In this document: piece after piece, positions 26,459 to 35,256 of the stretch
Layout: every line of letters begins with the position of its first letter
How positions within the stretch are numbered: position 1 is the stretch's first letter
NCBI GenBank assembly: GCA_964426845.1
Contig: CAYRSA010000003.1
Location: 6,751-70,750 of the forward strand
Length of the DNA stretch: 64,000 nucleotides
Direction: 5' to 3'
Origin: an uncultured Candidatus Saccharibacteria bacterium
Lineage (GTDB): Bacteria > Patescibacteriota > Saccharimonadia > Saccharimonadales > JAGQNJ01
The notes under the pieces: generated by a model
The model's input: the letters and a program-made list of their open reading frames with translations, nothing else
Told to the model about the DNA's origin: nothing
The model's database searches: none
Position numbers and translations under genes: made by a program

Positions 26459-27070
26459 CTAAGGGAAACTGAGGAGCAAGCCGGCGCTCTCGAAGTCTTT
26501 GGCCAGCAAAGCCTTGGCTTTCGGCCCAGAGACGGCGTTATTGGCCGTCTTGAGCTCTCGTTGATACTCAGTTAATTCATCGTTAATAACATTGGTGAAG
26601 ACCTCGTCGAAACGGCCATTCTTCTGAGCATTCTCCAGTTGAGCTGTCACTTCGGCGCTAGGCTGAGCGGCAAATTCCTTGCGTTTGACCTTGCCGTTCT
26701 TGTACATAAGAGCTACAAGTTGTTGTTGCTCGGTGGTTACTGATAGTCCAACTGTCATGGCCAGCCCTTTGGTCTGATTAGTGCCGGCGTCTTCTACGCC
26801 CAGTTCGCTAATGGCGATTATCTCACTCTGTTTCTGGGCTACAGGTAGCAGAGCATCTTTGTCACTGTCGCCACCAAAGAAAAGGCTGCCGAGCAGTAAG
26901 ATAACTGCAAATAAACCTAGGCCACCTGCTAAAAGCACCCAAGTGCTTTTTCCGCCACCACCTAAAAACAACGCTTTCTTTGGCGGCTTGGGCGGGTTGT
27001 TGATGAAATCATAATTGACAGGCTGCGGCGGGGGAGATGGCGCCTGGCCTGCTTGATTGTCCGGATTCAT
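26459..27070 (-). CDS. membrane-anchored hypothetical protein with Pro-rich N-terminus
   Basis: 203 aa with a P-rich cytoplasmic N-terminus, one TM helix and an extracytoplasmic domain. No recognised family. Confidence 0.55.
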   Translation of the reverse strand: MNPDNQAGQAPSPPPQPVNYDFINNPPKPPKKALFLGGGGKSTWVLLAGGLGLFAVILLLGSLFFGGDSDKDALLPVAQKQSEIIAISELGVEDAGTNQTKGLAMTVGLSVTTEQQQLVALMYKNGKVKRKEFAAQPSAEVTAQLENAQKNGRFDEVFTNVINDELTEYQRELKTANNAVSGPKAKALLAKDFESAGLLLSFP

Positions 27071-27173
27071 AGTCTCTATTTAACCATAACCAGCAAGCCG
27101 ACACCACCCCAGGAAGGTTGGGGCTCTTTTCTTATGCTTGCTTGGCACCTCTGGTTGGCTCATACTTGGTGGC

Positions 27174-28910
27174 ATGGATGCGGTAGAGGATATTAAGTCG
27201 AGACTGGCTTTGGAGGACGTGGCGGCTGAATATATGGAGCTGAAGCGGGCCGGTCGCAACTTGAAGGGTCTAAGCCCCTTTAGCAACGAAAAGACGGCCA
27301 GCCTGATGGTTAGCCCCGAAAAGCAGATTTGGCATGATTTCTCATCTGGCAAGGGTGGCGATATGTTCACTCTAGTCATGGAATTGGAAGGAGTGGACTT
27401 CAAAGGTGCCTTGGATATCCTGGCCCGCAAAGCTGGAGTGGATTTGGCTCAGTATCAGAAGGGCAATGGCAAGCAGGCGGCTTTAAAAAATCAGCTTTAC
27501 GATTGTCTGGAAGCGGCCACTAAGTTTTACCAAGTACAGTTTTCGCAGAACCAAGCGGCTCTTGAATACATTTTAAAAACTCGTGGATACAAAAAGCAGA
27601 CGGCACTGGATTTTCGGATTGGCTACGCGCCTAATACTGGTCGTGCCCTGCTGACTTTCCTGAAAAAGAAGGGATTTACAGAGGAGATTATCACTAAAGC
27701 TGGGTTGGCCACCGCCCGGTATGCCAATACTAACGACATGTTTCGGGGCCGGATTATGATTCCTCTGCAGGATGCTACGGGGCGGGTAATTGGCTTTACG
27801 GCCAGGGCCTTGGACCCTAAAGATACCGGCCCTAAGTACATTAATACGCCGCAGACCGCTGTCTACGACAAAGGCCGCCACGTCTACGGCTTGCACCTAG
27901 CCAAGGACTCTATTCGTAAGGACGGTTTCGTGGTGGTGGCCGAGGGCAACCTGGACGTTATCGCCAGTCGCGAAGCTGGGGTGGCCAACATCGTGGCCAG
28001 TGCTGGTACGGCTATGACCGAGATGCACCTCAAGGAACTATCGCGTTTCACCCAGGATGTCCGCCTGGCGTTCGATCAGGACCAAGCCGGCCTAAACGCC
28101 ATGGAGCGGATTATTCCGCTGGCTAGCAATGTCGACGTTACGCTGAGCATTATTACTGTGCCCGAGGGCAAGGACCCCGACGAGTTAATCCAAAAGGACC
28201 CCAAATTATGGCAAGAGGCCATCAAAGATTATGAATACGCTATCGACTGGCTGATTGGCCGCCGAGCTGCCCAATTAGACATGAATTCCGGGTCGGGCAA
28301 GCGGGCTCTGACCGATGCCGTCCTGCCGGTTGTTTCTCAATTGAAGGATAGCGTAGAGAGGGACCACTACTTGCGTCAGCTGGCTCAATTACTAGGTGTA
28401 GATAAAGCAGCTCTGAGTACTAAGATGCAGGCCAAGCAGGTCAGTAACCCAGCTAAAAGATTGAAAAAAGTCGAGCCGGCTAAGGTAGCCAAGACCGATG
28501 CCGAGAGTTTAAAAGCTCAAAACCAGTTATTGGCACTAGTCTACGCTCACCCGGATCTGCGCAATCGACTGGAAGACTTGTACGAGGTGATGTTTGGCGA
28601 TGACCGGTTGAAGGCAGCTTACAAAAAGCTGAGTACTTCTTTGGAGCCGGGTGAAAAATTGTTTAAGGACGATGATTATGGTAAAATACTGACAGTACAA
28701 TACGAAGAACTCTACGGCGACCTCGAGTATGTTGAGCTCGAATACGAAGCCACTCGATTGCAGGTGCGAATTGTAGAGAGATATGTCAAAAATCAGAAGA
28801 GTATCTTGGGCCAGTTATTGCAATCGGCCGATGAGCTTGAGAAAACAAAACTGCAAGCTAAAGACAAACAGCTAAACGATTTATTAAAACGGGCAAGGGA
28901 GAAGGCATAG
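27174..28910 (+). CDS. dnaG: DNA primase
   Basis: The N-terminus is homologous to the primase zinc-binding domain (LSPFSNEKTASLMV...WHDFSSGKGGD). It also has an RNA polymerase core and a TOPRIM domain (VVVAEGNLDVIA, FDQDQAG). The start was moved to the ATG at 27174. Confidence 0.9.
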   Translation: MDAVEDIKSRLALEDVAAEYMELKRAGRNLKGLSPFSNEKTASLMVSPEKQIWHDFSSGKGGDMFTLVMELEGVDFKGALDILARKAGVDLAQYQKGNGKQAALKNQLYDCLEAATKFYQVQFSQNQAALEYILKTRGYKKQTALDFRIGYAPNTGRALLTFLKKKGFTEEIITKAGLATARYANTNDMFRGRIMIPLQDATGRVIGFTARALDPKDTGPKYINTPQTAVYDKGRHVYGLHLAKDSIRKDGFVVVAEGNLDVIASREAGVANIVASAGTAMTEMHLKELSRFTQDVRLAFDQDQAGLNAMERIIPLASNVDVTLSIITVPEGKDPDELIQKDPKLWQEAIKDYEYAIDWLIGRRAAQLDMNSGSGKRALTDAVLPVVSQLKDSVERDHYLRQLAQLLGVDKAALSTKMQAKQVSNPAKRLKKVEPAKVAKTDAESLKAQNQLLALVYAHPDLRNRLEDLYEVMFGDDRLKAAYKKLSTSLEPGEKLFKDDDYGKILTVQYEELYGDLEYVELEYEATRLQVRIVERYVKNQKSILGQLLQSADELEKTKLQAKDKQLNDLLKRAREKA

Positions 28911-28913
28911 TCT

Positions 28914-30047
28914 ATGGCAAAAGCGAAAGCAAGCAAGAAGAAATTAACAGAGAAAGAACTGGCAAGCGTCAAGAAAAAGTTAACAACCAAGGCGCTAAAA
29001 GAAAAGAAGATTGAGCAACGAGAGATTTTTAAGCTAATTCCGGATACACCCGAGAATCTTGACATTTTAGAGAAGTTTTACACTGAGCTAGTGGCTCAGG
29101 ATATTGAAGTAGTTGAGGCCACTGAGCCCAATGCTGCCGACTTTTCGCCGGAATGGGCCGAGGAGGAAGAAGAGGAAGAGGAAGTAAAGCTGTCCGACCA
29201 GAACTATCTGGACGACATTGCTGATGACTCAGTCCGGCTATATTTGCGAGAAATTGGTAAGATTCCACTGCTAAAGCCAGATGAAGAGCTGGCCCTGGCC
29301 TACGAAGTTATTGCTGGTAAGAAGAAAGCTAAGGACAAGATGGCTGAAGCCAACATGCGACTAGTAGTTTCGATTGCCAAACGTTATGTTGGTCGTGGTT
29401 TGGATTTGTTGGACCTGATTCAAGAGGGTAATACCGGGCTACTACGGGCCGTCGAGAAATTCGACCCAGATAAGGGCTTTAAGTTCAGCACCTACGCCAC
29501 TTGGTGGATCCGCCAGGCCATTACTCGGGCTATTGCTGATCAAGCTCGAACCATCCGGATTCCAGTGCACATGGTAGAAACCATAAATAAGTTACTTAGA
29601 ACCCAGCGACGCCTGACCCAGGAGCTCAACCGCGAGCCAACCAACGAAGAAATCGCTAAGGAAATGGAAATCGACGTCGAAAAAGTCGAGCACATCATGA
29701 AGATTAAGCAGGACATCTCATCACTAGACGCTTCGGTGCGAGAAGATGAAGAAGACTCAGTTCTGGGCGACTTCATTGAAGACGAAGACACAGTTACCCC
29801 TGAGGAGTCAGCCACTGGGTCACTATTGAAAGAGCACGTCAGTGACATGCTGGGCGTTCTCAGCGAGCGTGAACAGAAGATTTTGCGCCTACGTTTTGGT
29901 CTAGAAGACGGTCGCAGTCACACTCTCGAAGAAGTCGGTCAAGAATTCAACGTCACCCGCGAGCGCATCCGCCAAATTGAGGCTAAAGCTCTAGCTAAAC
30001 TGCGCAAGCACAAGGACAGTAAAAAGCTGCATGACTACATCAAGTAG
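28914..30047 (+). CDS. rpoD: RNA polymerase sigma factor, primary (sigma-70/RpoD) type
   Basis: Region 2 ([40 protein letters not shown]), region 3 and region 4.2 ([24 protein letters not shown]). It lies directly downstream of dnaG. Confidence 0.93.
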   Translation: MAKAKASKKKLTEKELASVKKKLTTKALKEKKIEQREIFKLIPDTPENLDILEKFYTELVAQDIEVVEATEPNAADFSPEWAEEEEEEEEVKLSDQNYLDDIADDSVRLYLREIGKIPLLKPDEELALAYEVIAGKKKAKDKMAEANMRLVVSIAKRYVGRGLDLLDLIQEGNTGLLRAVEKFDPDKGFKFSTYATWWIRQAITRAIADQARTIRIPVHMVETINKLLRTQRRLTQELNREPTNEEIAKEMEIDVEKVEHIMKIKQDISSLDASVREDEEDSVLGDFIEDEDTVTPEESATGSLLKEHVSDMLGVLSEREQKILRLRFGLEDGRSHTLEEVGQEFNVTRERIRQIEAKALAKLRKHKDSKKLHDYIK

Positions 30048-30636
30048 AAAAATCATTGGTGTCAGCGGCAGTGACCGCAGCGGTAAAGACACCGTCGCCG
30101 AAATGCTAATGGACAATGGCTACTTTGGCTATTCGTTCGGCGACGCAGTTAGAGACCACGCCCGAAATCGCCACGCCAACCATCCCAACCCAATATCGGT
30201 AGTAAATCTGACCGAGACTTCCAATTGGTTGCGCAGCGAACACGGCGCAGACGTCATTCTCAAGGAGGCTCTGAAAGCTTACGACCAGGCTATCGCCAGC
30301 GGTGAAGACTACAAGGGTGTAGTGCTATACAGTGTGCGAGCGCCGATTGAAGTAGATTTTATTTTGGAGCAGGGCGGGGAGCTTGTCTGGGTAGAGGCCA
30401 CCGACGAAGTTCGCCTCAAGCGCCGCCTGGCTAACATTCGTCCCGGGGAAGCCACGGTTACTATGGACGAAATGCTGACTAACGAAGCCTTGCAACAGGA
30501 CCCCCAACCCGGCATACCCGAAGAGGTTCAAATGAATCTCAAATACGTTAAGGCTCATGCTACCAAAGTAATAGAAAACAACGGCAAAGACCTAGCGGCC
30601 TTCGAAAAAAAGGTCAAACAAACCCTCGACCTCTAG
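30031..30636 (+). CDS. P-loop nucleotide kinase-like protein (resembles dNMP kinase / T4 gp1-type P-loop)
   Basis: [13 protein letters not shown]-loop, which recalls SGVKRSGKDT of phage T4 dNMP kinase. The ORF overlaps the rpoD 3' end by 17 nt. Confidence 0.45.
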   Translation: MTTSSRKIIGVSGSDRSGKDTVAEMLMDNGYFGYSFGDAVRDHARNRHANHPNPISVVNLTETSNWLRSEHGADVILKEALKAYDQAIASGEDYKGVVLYSVRAPIEVDFILEQGGELVWVEATDEVRLKRRLANIRPGEATVTMDEMLTNEALQQDPQPGIPEEVQMNLKYVKAHATKVIENNGKDLAAFEKKVKQTLDL

Positions 30637-30648
30637 TATACTGTTGGT

Positions 30649-31758
30649 ATGAAAACGCAAGTTGAGACCAAGGCCGACGTCGAGTATTTTGCTCAGAAGT
30701 TGGGCGAGTACAAGACTTTGATCGACAAAGAGATCGAGGCCTATACCAAACACGTACAAAAAAGCACCCTGCAGAAGTTTGGAGCCAACTCGCGAATTGC
30801 CATGGATGCCTATCTAGAGATTTTGAGCCGCGGCGGCAAACGCATCCGTGGGGCCTTAACGATTTTGGGATATGAGATGGTTGGCGGACAGGACCGCAAG
30901 ATGATTATGCAGGCCGCCATGGCTGTAGAGATGATTCATGCCTACATTTTGATTATTGACGATATTGCTGACCGTTCACCCACGCGGCGAGGCGGACCGA
31001 CCGCTCATGAGGCCTTGGCGGCTTATCATAAAAAGCGGGCTTGGGCTGACGACAGCAAGCACTTCGGCGAATCTATGGCTATGAACGCGGCTCTGACCGG
31101 CAACCACGCTGCCCAGATGTTACTGGCTAATCTAGATGTCGATGCCGAGCTACTGGTCAAAGCCATCAGCGTGCTGAACTATGCCATGGTGACCACCGGT
31201 CACGGCCAGTTTAACGATATCTTCAATGAGGTAACTGGCGAGGTAACCGAACGCGATGTCGATAACGTCTTGGAATGGAAAACGGCTCATTACACACTCC
31301 TTAATCCACTGACTTTCGGAATGTGTTTAGCTGGTGTAGGCTGCGGCCCGACTGATGCGATTGCTACTTACTCCTTAGAAGCCGGCCGAGCTTTCCAGAT
31401 TACTGATGACATTTTAGGAGTCTTCGGCGAAGAATTTGAATCAGGCAAAAGTCCGCTGGATGATATCCGCGAAGGTAAGCGGACTATTTTGACTGTTCAC
31501 GCTTTGCAAAATGCCAGCCAAACTGACAAAAACTTCCTGATGCAAATGCTAGGCAATGCTCGTCTGACTTCTGTAGAATTTAAGCGCTGTAAAGAGATTT
31601 TGGTGGAGAGCGGCTCGCTGGAATATGCCCAGGACCGCGCTGAAAGGCACATCCAGGAGGCCCTTAGGTCTCTAGAAGAGCAGAAATCGTTTTGGTCAGA
31701 AGATGGTACACGGTTCTTAAGAGGGCTAGCCCTGTATCTATTGGGCCGTCGCTCCTAG
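30649..31758 (+). CDS. polyprenyl diphosphate synthase (trans-isoprenyl, GGPP-synthase-like)
   Basis: First Asp-rich motif LIIDDIADR. Second motif FQITDDILG, where canonical DDxxD reads DDILG here. TATACT (30637-30642) lies 6 nt upstream. Confidence 0.8.
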   Translation: MKTQVETKADVEYFAQKLGEYKTLIDKEIEAYTKHVQKSTLQKFGANSRIAMDAYLEILSRGGKRIRGALTILGYEMVGGQDRKMIMQAAMAVEMIHAYILIIDDIADRSPTRRGGPTAHEALAAYHKKRAWADDSKHFGESMAMNAALTGNHAAQMLLANLDVDAELLVKAISVLNYAMVTTGHGQFNDIFNEVTGEVTERDVDNVLEWKTAHYTLLNPLTFGMCLAGVGCGPTDAIATYSLEAGRAFQITDDILGVFGEEFESGKSPLDDIREGKRTILTVHALQNASQTDKNFLMQMLGNARLTSVEFKRCKEILVESGSLEYAQDRAERHIQEALRSLEEQKSFWSEDGTRFLRGLALYLLGRRS

Positions 31759-32538
31759 CTAGTTGCCGCTATGTTGCTTGTGGGTAGGTTGGGTTTGGAT
31801 AAACGAACTCAGCAGTTGCCAGATTTGGATAAAAGCCGCTCCCACTAAGGGGTTGGTAATTAGTATAGCCTGAGGCTCCTTGCCGTAAATGGCCATCAGC
31901 AACGAAGATTGAGTGGCGCTCCACTCGACCGGGGCACTGTACTTACCCCGCTCTAACCAGGTGACTTCTAGATTACTGCGTTTGTGGGGTTCGGGGTTGG
32001 TGACTCCGGACTGATCAACCGATAATATGCCATGTCTTTGTACTCCGTGACGGGCTGGAGCAGTGCGCAGTTCGTGCATAGTATCAAAGCCCATGGCCGG
32101 AACGTCTGTATTGGTACGAATAAAGTAGAGCTCTTCCCGCAGAGAAATTTGATTGCGGTACAGATCAGCCACGGCTTTAGGGCCTGTGGCGGTTTTAGTG
32201 TCAGGCGCATCGCTATGTTTATAGTATTGCCGCAAGAGCGACTGCATAGCAGTATTGGCAGCTTCTTCCCGAGCTGTGGCCTCGGCTCGGTACTGCGAAG
32301 CTAAATCAGCCAAGGCCATGGGGTGGGTAGGGGAGTAAGTCAGCTTTTTACCGTCCTCAGTTTTGCGGGCCAGTTTAAGCTCGACCAATTTATCTAGTAC
32401 TTTGTAAGCATTGGTACGGGTGAGTTTGAGCTGACGGGCCGCCACAGGCGGCTTTACTTCGCCGTGTTCAATTAAAAGGGCGTAGGTCTGGGCTTGTTGG
32501 GGGGATAAACCGACGGCTGTGAATGATGCTGGGTCCAT
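31759..32538 (-). CDS. TrmB-family transcriptional regulator
   Basis: N-terminal winged HTH (GLSPQQAQTYALLIEHGEVKPPVAARQLKLTRTNAYKVLDKLVELKLARK) plus a C-terminal TrmB-like effector region. Confidence 0.7.
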   Translation of the reverse strand: MDPASFTAVGLSPQQAQTYALLIEHGEVKPPVAARQLKLTRTNAYKVLDKLVELKLARKTEDGKKLTYSPTHPMALADLASQYRAEATAREEAANTAMQSLLRQYYKHSDAPDTKTATGPKAVADLYRNQISLREELYFIRTNTDVPAMGFDTMHELRTAPARHGVQRHGILSVDQSGVTNPEPHKRSNLEVTWLERGKYSAPVEWSATQSSLLMAIYGKEPQAILITNPLVGAAFIQIWQLLSSFIQTQPTHKQHSGN

Positions 32539-32544
32539 GGCTGT

Positions 32545-32573
32545 ATACTAACATAAAATCACTAATATGTGAA
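32545..32573 (-). promoter_or_regulatory. promoter of the TrmB-like gene (TTCACA-17-TAGTAT, then 6 nt to ATG)
   Basis: On the minus strand the -35 TTCACA corresponds to + 32568-32573, followed by a 17-nt spacer and the -10 TAGTAT at + 32545-32550. The ATG is at 32538. Confidence 0.55.
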
Positions 32574-32587
32574 TAGTAATTTCACAT
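32567..32587. promoter_or_regulatory. perfect inverted repeat ATGTGAA-N7-TTCACAT (candidate operator)
   Basis: 7-bp arms at 32567-32573 and 32581-32587. The left arm doubles as the -35 of the TrmB-like gene. A third ATGTGAA copy lies at 32630-32636, abutting the -35 of the divergent promoter. Confidence 0.6.
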
Positions 32588-32643
32588 GATGTACTGCAAC
32601 TCCTTGGAATAATATACAAAACTGCTAAAATGTGAAATTAGTA

Positions 32644-32672
32644 TTGACATATGTAACATTTTCAGCTATTAT
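32644..32672 (+). promoter_or_regulatory. near-consensus sigma-70 promoter TTGACA-17-TATTAT for the 32703 gene
   Basis: TTGACA at 32644-32649, a 17-nt spacer and TATTAT at 32667-32672. This is followed by a ~25-nt leader with an AGGAG SD before the ATG at 32703. Confidence 0.65.
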
Positions 32673-32702
32673 GCCAGAGATTTAAGTGAATAGGAGAAAA
32701 TA

Positions 32703-33653
32703 ATGACTCAACCGAAACACGAACAACAACAGCCTAATCTAGAGGCCTATATAGGCGATCGCATGGAATGGATTAAGGATGCAGTTGAAGTAGTTAGTGG
32801 CGACCGCCAGGCTAACCCACTAGAGGTTCTGCCACCCGCCACCGGTACACGCGACGACGCCGAGGCCCTACCGCTAACTGATGACCAGGAGACGAAGCTA
32901 AGAGAAGTCGCCGGACGATTTGGTGTGGGTGGAGAAGCGGACGTTACTTATAATGCCGAGGTTCAACTGGTTGAAGGTGGAAAGCCTTGGAAAATCATTG
33001 CAGAAATCGGCATTATTCCTGATGCCGGTACTCATATCTTGGCAGCCTCTCCGCACCGTATCATTGGACAAGACGAGGCGGACTATATGAGGGAGCTTTA
33101 CAAAGTTGACCTGACAGGCAAGAGTGAGTACGATGTGGCCGAGTTTCTAGCAGGAACGATTGAGGACACCGAGCTCTTAGAGCAACCAGAAGTCTTACCA
33201 TTTGGTTATGATATCCACGAGAGTAATCAATTTGTGCAAGAGGCCACAGGACAGCTAATCCAGGTTGCTAAAAGGCACGGTGAATGGCCCTTACTTCTAC
33301 TGCGTGTAGACCGCGAAGACTATCAAGACGAAGAAGGCGCATCTAAGTATCGAAATCAGCCTGACAGTGCCGCTTTAATGGGTTTTATTAGTGACACCCT
33401 ATCAGCTGCCGGAGATGAAACCTCGCGCGTGGGGCTGATTACCAGCAATACCTACGCTTCTAGAGCTATCGACACTGTCAGAGCCGGATTACAGGCCGGA
33501 CGTGAATTCGGTGTTAGTATGTACGGCCGGCGGAGCTTGGCTGACACCGGGGCCCAGTTGCCAGCGGCCACCAGCATCAACCAGATTCCAGGGGAATTAC
33601 ACGTCATGTACCAAAAACTGGTTAGCCTGCAGGCTGAATTAGCCCAAGATTAG
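32703..33653 (+). CDS. hypothetical protein (316 aa)
   Basis: Long ORF with a strong promoter and SD. No domain recognised by eye. It is acidic and soluble-looking. Confidence 0.65.
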   Translation: MTQPKHEQQQPNLEAYIGDRMEWIKDAVEVVSGDRQANPLEVLPPATGTRDDAEALPLTDDQETKLREVAGRFGVGGEADVTYNAEVQLVEGGKPWKIIAEIGIIPDAGTHILAASPHRIIGQDEADYMRELYKVDLTGKSEYDVAEFLAGTIEDTELLEQPEVLPFGYDIHESNQFVQEATGQLIQVAKRHGEWPLLLLRVDREDYQDEEGASKYRNQPDSAALMGFISDTLSAAGDETSRVGLITSNTYASRAIDTVRAGLQAGREFGVSMYGRRSLADTGAQLPAATSINQIPGELHVMYQKLVSLQAELAQD

Positions 33654-33707
33654 TCCTCGCGTATAAATCACAACGCACAGTTATTGTAAGTTGTGTACAA
33701 TGTTTCT

Positions 33708-35234
33708 ATGACTGATGCTACTCAGGTGGGTAGTGAAGATGTGGCGTTCGAAAGAGCGACTAACTTGCTGGCTGAAACCGGCCCAGAGTTCGAGCGCTTA
33801 ATTGCTTTACCCCTGGAAAATCAAAGTGCTTATTTGGAGGTAGACCCCAGTCTCCAGCAACGTACAGCCAAAGGGGAAGAGGATTTGCCACAAGTTTTCA
33901 GGTCAATGTGGGGAATGGTTGTAGAGGTAGCACAGGATAACGCACCGCTATACGATGACCTGGATTTTAAGCGGGTGGCCAGAGTTGGAGCTATGGTTGC
34001 TGCCGAAAGTTTGACAACTTTCTTTGAAGATAATGAATACGATCGTCCAGGCAGGTCTTTTGTACTTACCCCTAAAATAACCGGGCATATTAGAAGGTAT
34101 CTAGACATGAAATTATCGGCCCGGGCTACTGTAAGGGAGCTGGCCGAATTTTTGCCCGACCCAAGTTCCAGAGCAGTTGAAGCTAGCATTTCAGAGGAAG
34201 AAGTGATGGTCGATGAAGCCCAGCAAGTTGAGCAGATTGAAGTTGCACCAGAGACACAAACTGCCCAAACTGAAATGATTGACACTAAAAGAGCCGAGTA
34301 TTTGATCAGGATCTTTGGAGTCGAGCATAGCCGAACAATAGAGGGACTAAGCCAATCTCAGGCGGTGGCTTTGGCCGATAAAGTTGGCGATTTATATCGG
34401 GGTATATCGAGGCAGGGTGGGATGGCTACCAGAGGTAAATTTATCAGAGCTTCCCAGGTCGTTCATTACGTAAGTGGTAAAACCATGGCCGAAACAGCAA
34501 AAATGTATGGACAGGTGTATGGTAGTGCTTCCACAGGCCTGTACCGAACTCTACCAAGCAGCATCCTCGATAATTACTCATCTGAAGAGTTGGCCCGGGT
34601 ATTGGCAGGAGTGGTGGCGGAACAAGGAGATCGCACTGAACAGATTCTTGCTAAGTATGCCAAAGACAACATGCCTGATGCGCCAGTCAAACCACGACCC
34701 CAGCCCGAAGAAATCACCGAACAACAACCACTGTTCGTAGAAGAAGCTTCGGCTCGTCCCAAGCCACCATCAGTTGAGCCCGAGTGGTACAAATCGCCTT
34801 TACACCCCGAAGCTGCAGCCGATGCCACAGACCAGGACATCAAGGATGTATTGGAAAGGGTGATGCCTAAACTTAGATTTGCTCGTGATACCGAGAAACG
34901 GGCTTTGCGTAAGCTATTTCATCCAACTACCGAGATCTGGAGAGAGCCTCGCGATTTGAACGGAGTTAAAACTGATCTGGCACGCATGGTTGAGCGTAAC
35001 ACTGACGACGAATCACTACCACTCGATTGCAAGTTATCAAGAGTCGAAACCGACCTACTAATCGAGATTGTTAAGTCACCAACTGACCCAGACAAGCAAA
35101 GGACACTTGTTAGGGCCTTGAGGGCACATGCCGCCCGAGATCAGAACGGAAGTCGCGACCAAGCCTCGGCTCGACAAGTCTTTGTCAGTGCGCTTCTTAA
35201 GCTTGGGGAAGCTCGCGAGCTGCAACTAAAATAG
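33708..35234 (+). CDS. hypothetical protein with sigma-70-like region 2 and region 4 signatures plus a long C-terminal extension
   Basis: MWGMVVEVAQD..LDFKRVARVGAMVAAESLTTFFED....GRSFVLTPKITGHIRRYL resembles sigma regions 2.1-2.4. YVSGKTMAETAKMYGQVYGSASTGLYRTL resembles a region 4.2 HTH. The start is the ATG at 33708, 6 nt after TACAAT (33696-33701). Confidence 0.3.
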   Translation: MTDATQVGSEDVAFERATNLLAETGPEFERLIALPLENQSAYLEVDPSLQQRTAKGEEDLPQVFRSMWGMVVEVAQDNAPLYDDLDFKRVARVGAMVAAESLTTFFEDNEYDRPGRSFVLTPKITGHIRRYLDMKLSARATVRELAEFLPDPSSRAVEASISEEEVMVDEAQQVEQIEVAPETQTAQTEMIDTKRAEYLIRIFGVEHSRTIEGLSQSQAVALADKVGDLYRGISRQGGMATRGKFIRASQVVHYVSGKTMAETAKMYGQVYGSASTGLYRTLPSSILDNYSSEELARVLAGVVAEQGDRTEQILAKYAKDNMPDAPVKPRPQPEEITEQQPLFVEEASARPKPPSVEPEWYKSPLHPEAAADATDQDIKDVLERVMPKLRFARDTEKRALRKLFHPTTEIWREPRDLNGVKTDLARMVERNTDDESLPLDCKLSRVETDLLIEIVKSPTDPDKQRTLVRALRAHAARDQNGSRDQASARQVFVSALLKLGEARELQLK

Positions 35235-35256
35235 GCACTAGAGTATACTATTACCC

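Noticed and set aside
32567-32587. Interpreting ATGTGAA-N7-TTCACAT as a binding site for the Crp/Fnr-family protein encoded at 59172-59825
   Set aside because: The core half-sites (TGTGA/TCACA) are separated by 9 nt rather than the 6 nt required by CRP/FNR dimers. The adjacent TrmB-like regulator is the more economical candidate.
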